DNA of 63,065 nt, counting the filler, from Folioceros fuciformis (taxonomy: Eukaryota): the NCBI GenBank assembly GCA_049999805.1. It is 16 parts of 16 records of this genome, joined end to end, with 100 filler letters (N's around TTAATTAATTAA, not from the genome) between each part and the next. Parts side by side here need not be neighbours in the genome. Positions count along the whole stretch, not along the records: positions 56,853 to 63,065 come from JBNGIO010001819.1; 15 more parts are not named here. One strand, written 5' to 3'. Each line of letters opens with the position of its first letter. The stretch's first letter is position 1. Under the pieces are notes generated by a model that was not told the origin of the DNA, made no database searches, and saw only the letters and a list, made by a program, of their open reading frames with translations. Below are positions 60,401 to 63,065 of the stretch, one piece after another. The translations under genes and the position numbers were made by a program.

Positions 60401-62689
60401 CACTTTCTAGCCTTCTTGGGTTTCTTATGTGTAGAAGCTCTATGTGAGCTACTAGCACTTGAGGTATTCTGTTTACCTTTGAAGTTGGGCTTTTTGCCCT
60501 TTACTTTGTTGTGAGTGTACAAAGCTTGCTGTTTACAAGGACGTTTAAATTGTCCTCTTGTAGCCTCTTCCTGAAGAAGGGCTCCCACAAATTCTACAAA
60601 TGTGGTTTTGGGGAGATCAACACCTACAGCCTTAGCTATCTTACGACCTTGTAGCTGCAAAGTGTTGAAGGAGGTCACGAAATGTAACCAAGATTCTGGG
60701 AGGGACATCATGAAGTGTAGGATAAGTGCTGAGTCCTTTACACTTTCCTGTGTTACACTTTCGAATTTAGAGACAAGAGTTCTATAAACGGCTAAATGTC
60801 TATTGATAGATTCTCCTTCTTTCGTTTTCAAATTTTGTATATTGCAAAGAGCTGCCATTTGAGTTGTGTCATCCGTTCCTGCATACAGATCCTGGAGCCG
60901 CGACCAGATCTTAGGTGAGGTATCACATCTAGAGGTCTGTCTCAACATATCAGTTGTCAGCTCACTCCGAATCAGGTATTGTGCAACTCCATCCTTAACT
61001 GTCCAGGCATCCTGTGCCTTCTTTTCAATAGTACATGGAGTAGATGTAGTGGCAAGGAACTTTTCTTTCCCGTTTGCCCATGCCCACAATTGTTTATTTT
61101 GTAAGGCTCCTCGCATTCTAATGACCCAGATATCATAATCTGCCCCCCCAAATCTATCCTTCTCCCTAAATCCCTCTCCCGCTAAATTAGCATTAGTGTC
61201 ACCCATGTTTGATACTGTTGTTAGTCCTCCTCACAGTGAGGATATTATGGATGAACAACTAATCTTCCTGTCTGACCTATCCAATGCAGATCAACAGGAA
61301 TAAGGATTCGGGAATAATTTAGAATGCAACTGGCACATCAAGAGTAAGCAGCAGACCACAGCCTACTTATCACAAAGGTAAGATGGGTTCAGACTCCTGA
61401 TCAGCTCTACGTAGGTTGACCATCTGCCTGTCTACCTGTTCCCTTCTGTTCTGATTCTTAATCTCCCAACGATTAAATGCATAGGTTAAGCACGATGGAC
61501 ACGAATTTGGGTGATCAAAAGTATGATGCCTTTTAGCCTTAGATGCATGCTTACATGCCGTACCCCTAATGGCAGGATTAGCAAGAAGAGCAGGCTTCAA
61601 CAAAGCAAGCAACTTGAAATCTAAGTGCCCAATCCGCTCCAGCAAAACTCGAAAATCTTTAGTGACAGCAACAAGCTTCTAACTAATGTTTTCAAAATGT
61701 CTATCTACATATGCTAATGTGCTTCTAACCTGGAATTTAACTGTGATACGCTTGTGTGTGGTGCAACATTTGTGGTAAGAAATCCCCTAGGATTACATTT
61801 ACTATCAAAAGCTCGCTGCATGCGCACTTCTGGGAGATTGTGAGGATTCCTCAGTGGAGGGGCAAATGCCAGATGTTGATGTTCTGGAAAGAGGGCTTCA
61901 ATTTGAGTAGTGAATGACTCCCTCACTTCAAGCGCTAGAATTGGTTGATTGCGAGTGCATGCAGCCCATTCCGTGACTTGCTGATGGAGCTGCTTGGCAG
62001 TGACCCGTCTTGTTGCATTTGCTTGCGCACCTTGTCCCCTTCGGTGATTTCATGGTTCTTCAAAGGGGATCAGCCATTTTGGGCCTGGTTGCCCGTCCTG
62101 AGGATCAGCCATTCATCTGGCCAGAATTCTTGTGTTTTGGAAAATTTCAAGATTCATTTTGTAATTTCTATATGATTTCATAAAGATATTTGCCACTTCT
62201 GGCAGTCGTTCTAGCATGCCTCGTGTCACATTGCTTTGTAGCAATCCGGCAACACATGCACTAGAATGGGCTCCTAGAAATGCAAAATTTCTGAATACAA
62301 ATCAACAAAGATAAACTACAAAAAACATGTTCTTGTTTTCTTATTAGAAACTATTTTCTAATCAAGAAACAAAACACATAAAATATATATACATAATTTA
62401 ATGTGCATTCTCATGAATGCAATCTGCACCTGTCATGGCTCTAATACCATAACAAAATATAAGAATAGTACATATCAATTACATGTTTAGTAATTACATT
62501 GTCATATGTTCATAAGAATATGAAGTATCTAAAATAGCTTGGAAACTAGACTTAATCTAATTGTGAAAAGGCATGACCTTTGGGCTAAAGACGTAACCCT
62601 AGCGAACGGGTAAGTGGCCACACATTCAAATATATATGTATACACACTAAATATGTAGATATACCCAAACCCTAAATAATGAATCAACA
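57432..62689 (-). mobile_element. Ty1/copia element: LTR 62450-62689, PBS 62438-62449, 1.2-kb leader, gag 61206-60310, decayed PR/INT/RT
   Basis: TGGTATTAGAGC; CHWCQIPGHWENEC; WFLDIGATAH; LWHTRLGH; VHTDICGP; CKWVFKLK...YKARLVAHG; DVKTAFLH; LHGLKQS; LAVYKDDL. Confidence 0.96.
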
Positions 62690-63065
62690 TACTATCTTCC
62701 TTTACCCAGCTCATCAGCAGCTTGGATCTAAGGGAGGGATGGGACAAAGAGATTGAGAAGGAAGAGGGAAAAAGGCGGGGAAGAAGAATGTGGAAGAAGG
62801 GAGGAAGGAAAGGAGAGGAATGGGGATAGGAGCGGCCGTAGTCATGCCCTAGCTAGGGCACGGCTCTTACGGCCGTTTAGTCAATAATGCAATTGTCATG
62901 CAACCTTATCAGCTAGCAAGACCACTTAACATATTCCCGCTCCTAGGTTCGAACAATTATTCCATTATTTAATATTATTCAATATTTAGTACTATGTATC
63001 TTTAATCAATATTAAATCAATCACCGAACCTAAATTCAAACTTTCCCAACCCTATGGTCCGGTAC
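62690..63065. repeat. Diverged relative of LTR family A (target of the copia insertion)
   Basis: Purine tract, CGGCCG...TAGCTAGGGCA...GGCCGTT, AT-rich block and CCCAACCCTATGG colinear with 56870-57200. Confidence 0.7.

Overview
This is eukaryotic land-plant DNA, most likely from a non-seed plant judging by the transposon types present. It is not one locus: 16 short contigs are joined by 15 artificial 100-nt spacers (44 N + TTAATTAATTAA + 44 N), so adjacency across spacers carries no meaning. Most of the sequence is nested, decayed transposons: several Ty1/copia elements, Athila-like and other Ty3/gypsy elements, an L1 LINE, an RNase-H-bearing Tad/I-like LINE, a CRE-like RT fragment, a CACTA transposase, a Sola-like transposase and a pogo-like end. 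Two host genes look intact: a two-exon Barwin/PR-4 gene (41214-41845, +) and a multi-exon subtilisin-like protease (45195-48245, -, cut by the contig edge). The most unusual observation is an Athila-like retrotransposon family seen in three contigs. Its long LTR appears to carry a protein-coding ORF in U3 (coiled coil, short repeats, a compact aromatic domain, an Arg-rich tail). Just downstream of the TATA box it also carries 2-5 copies of a three-way-junction motif whose stems vary in sequence but keep base-pairing. A Tat/TAR- or Rev/RRE-like protein-plus-RNA module is a hypothesis only. All family assignments are by motif recognition, and most boundaries are approximate.
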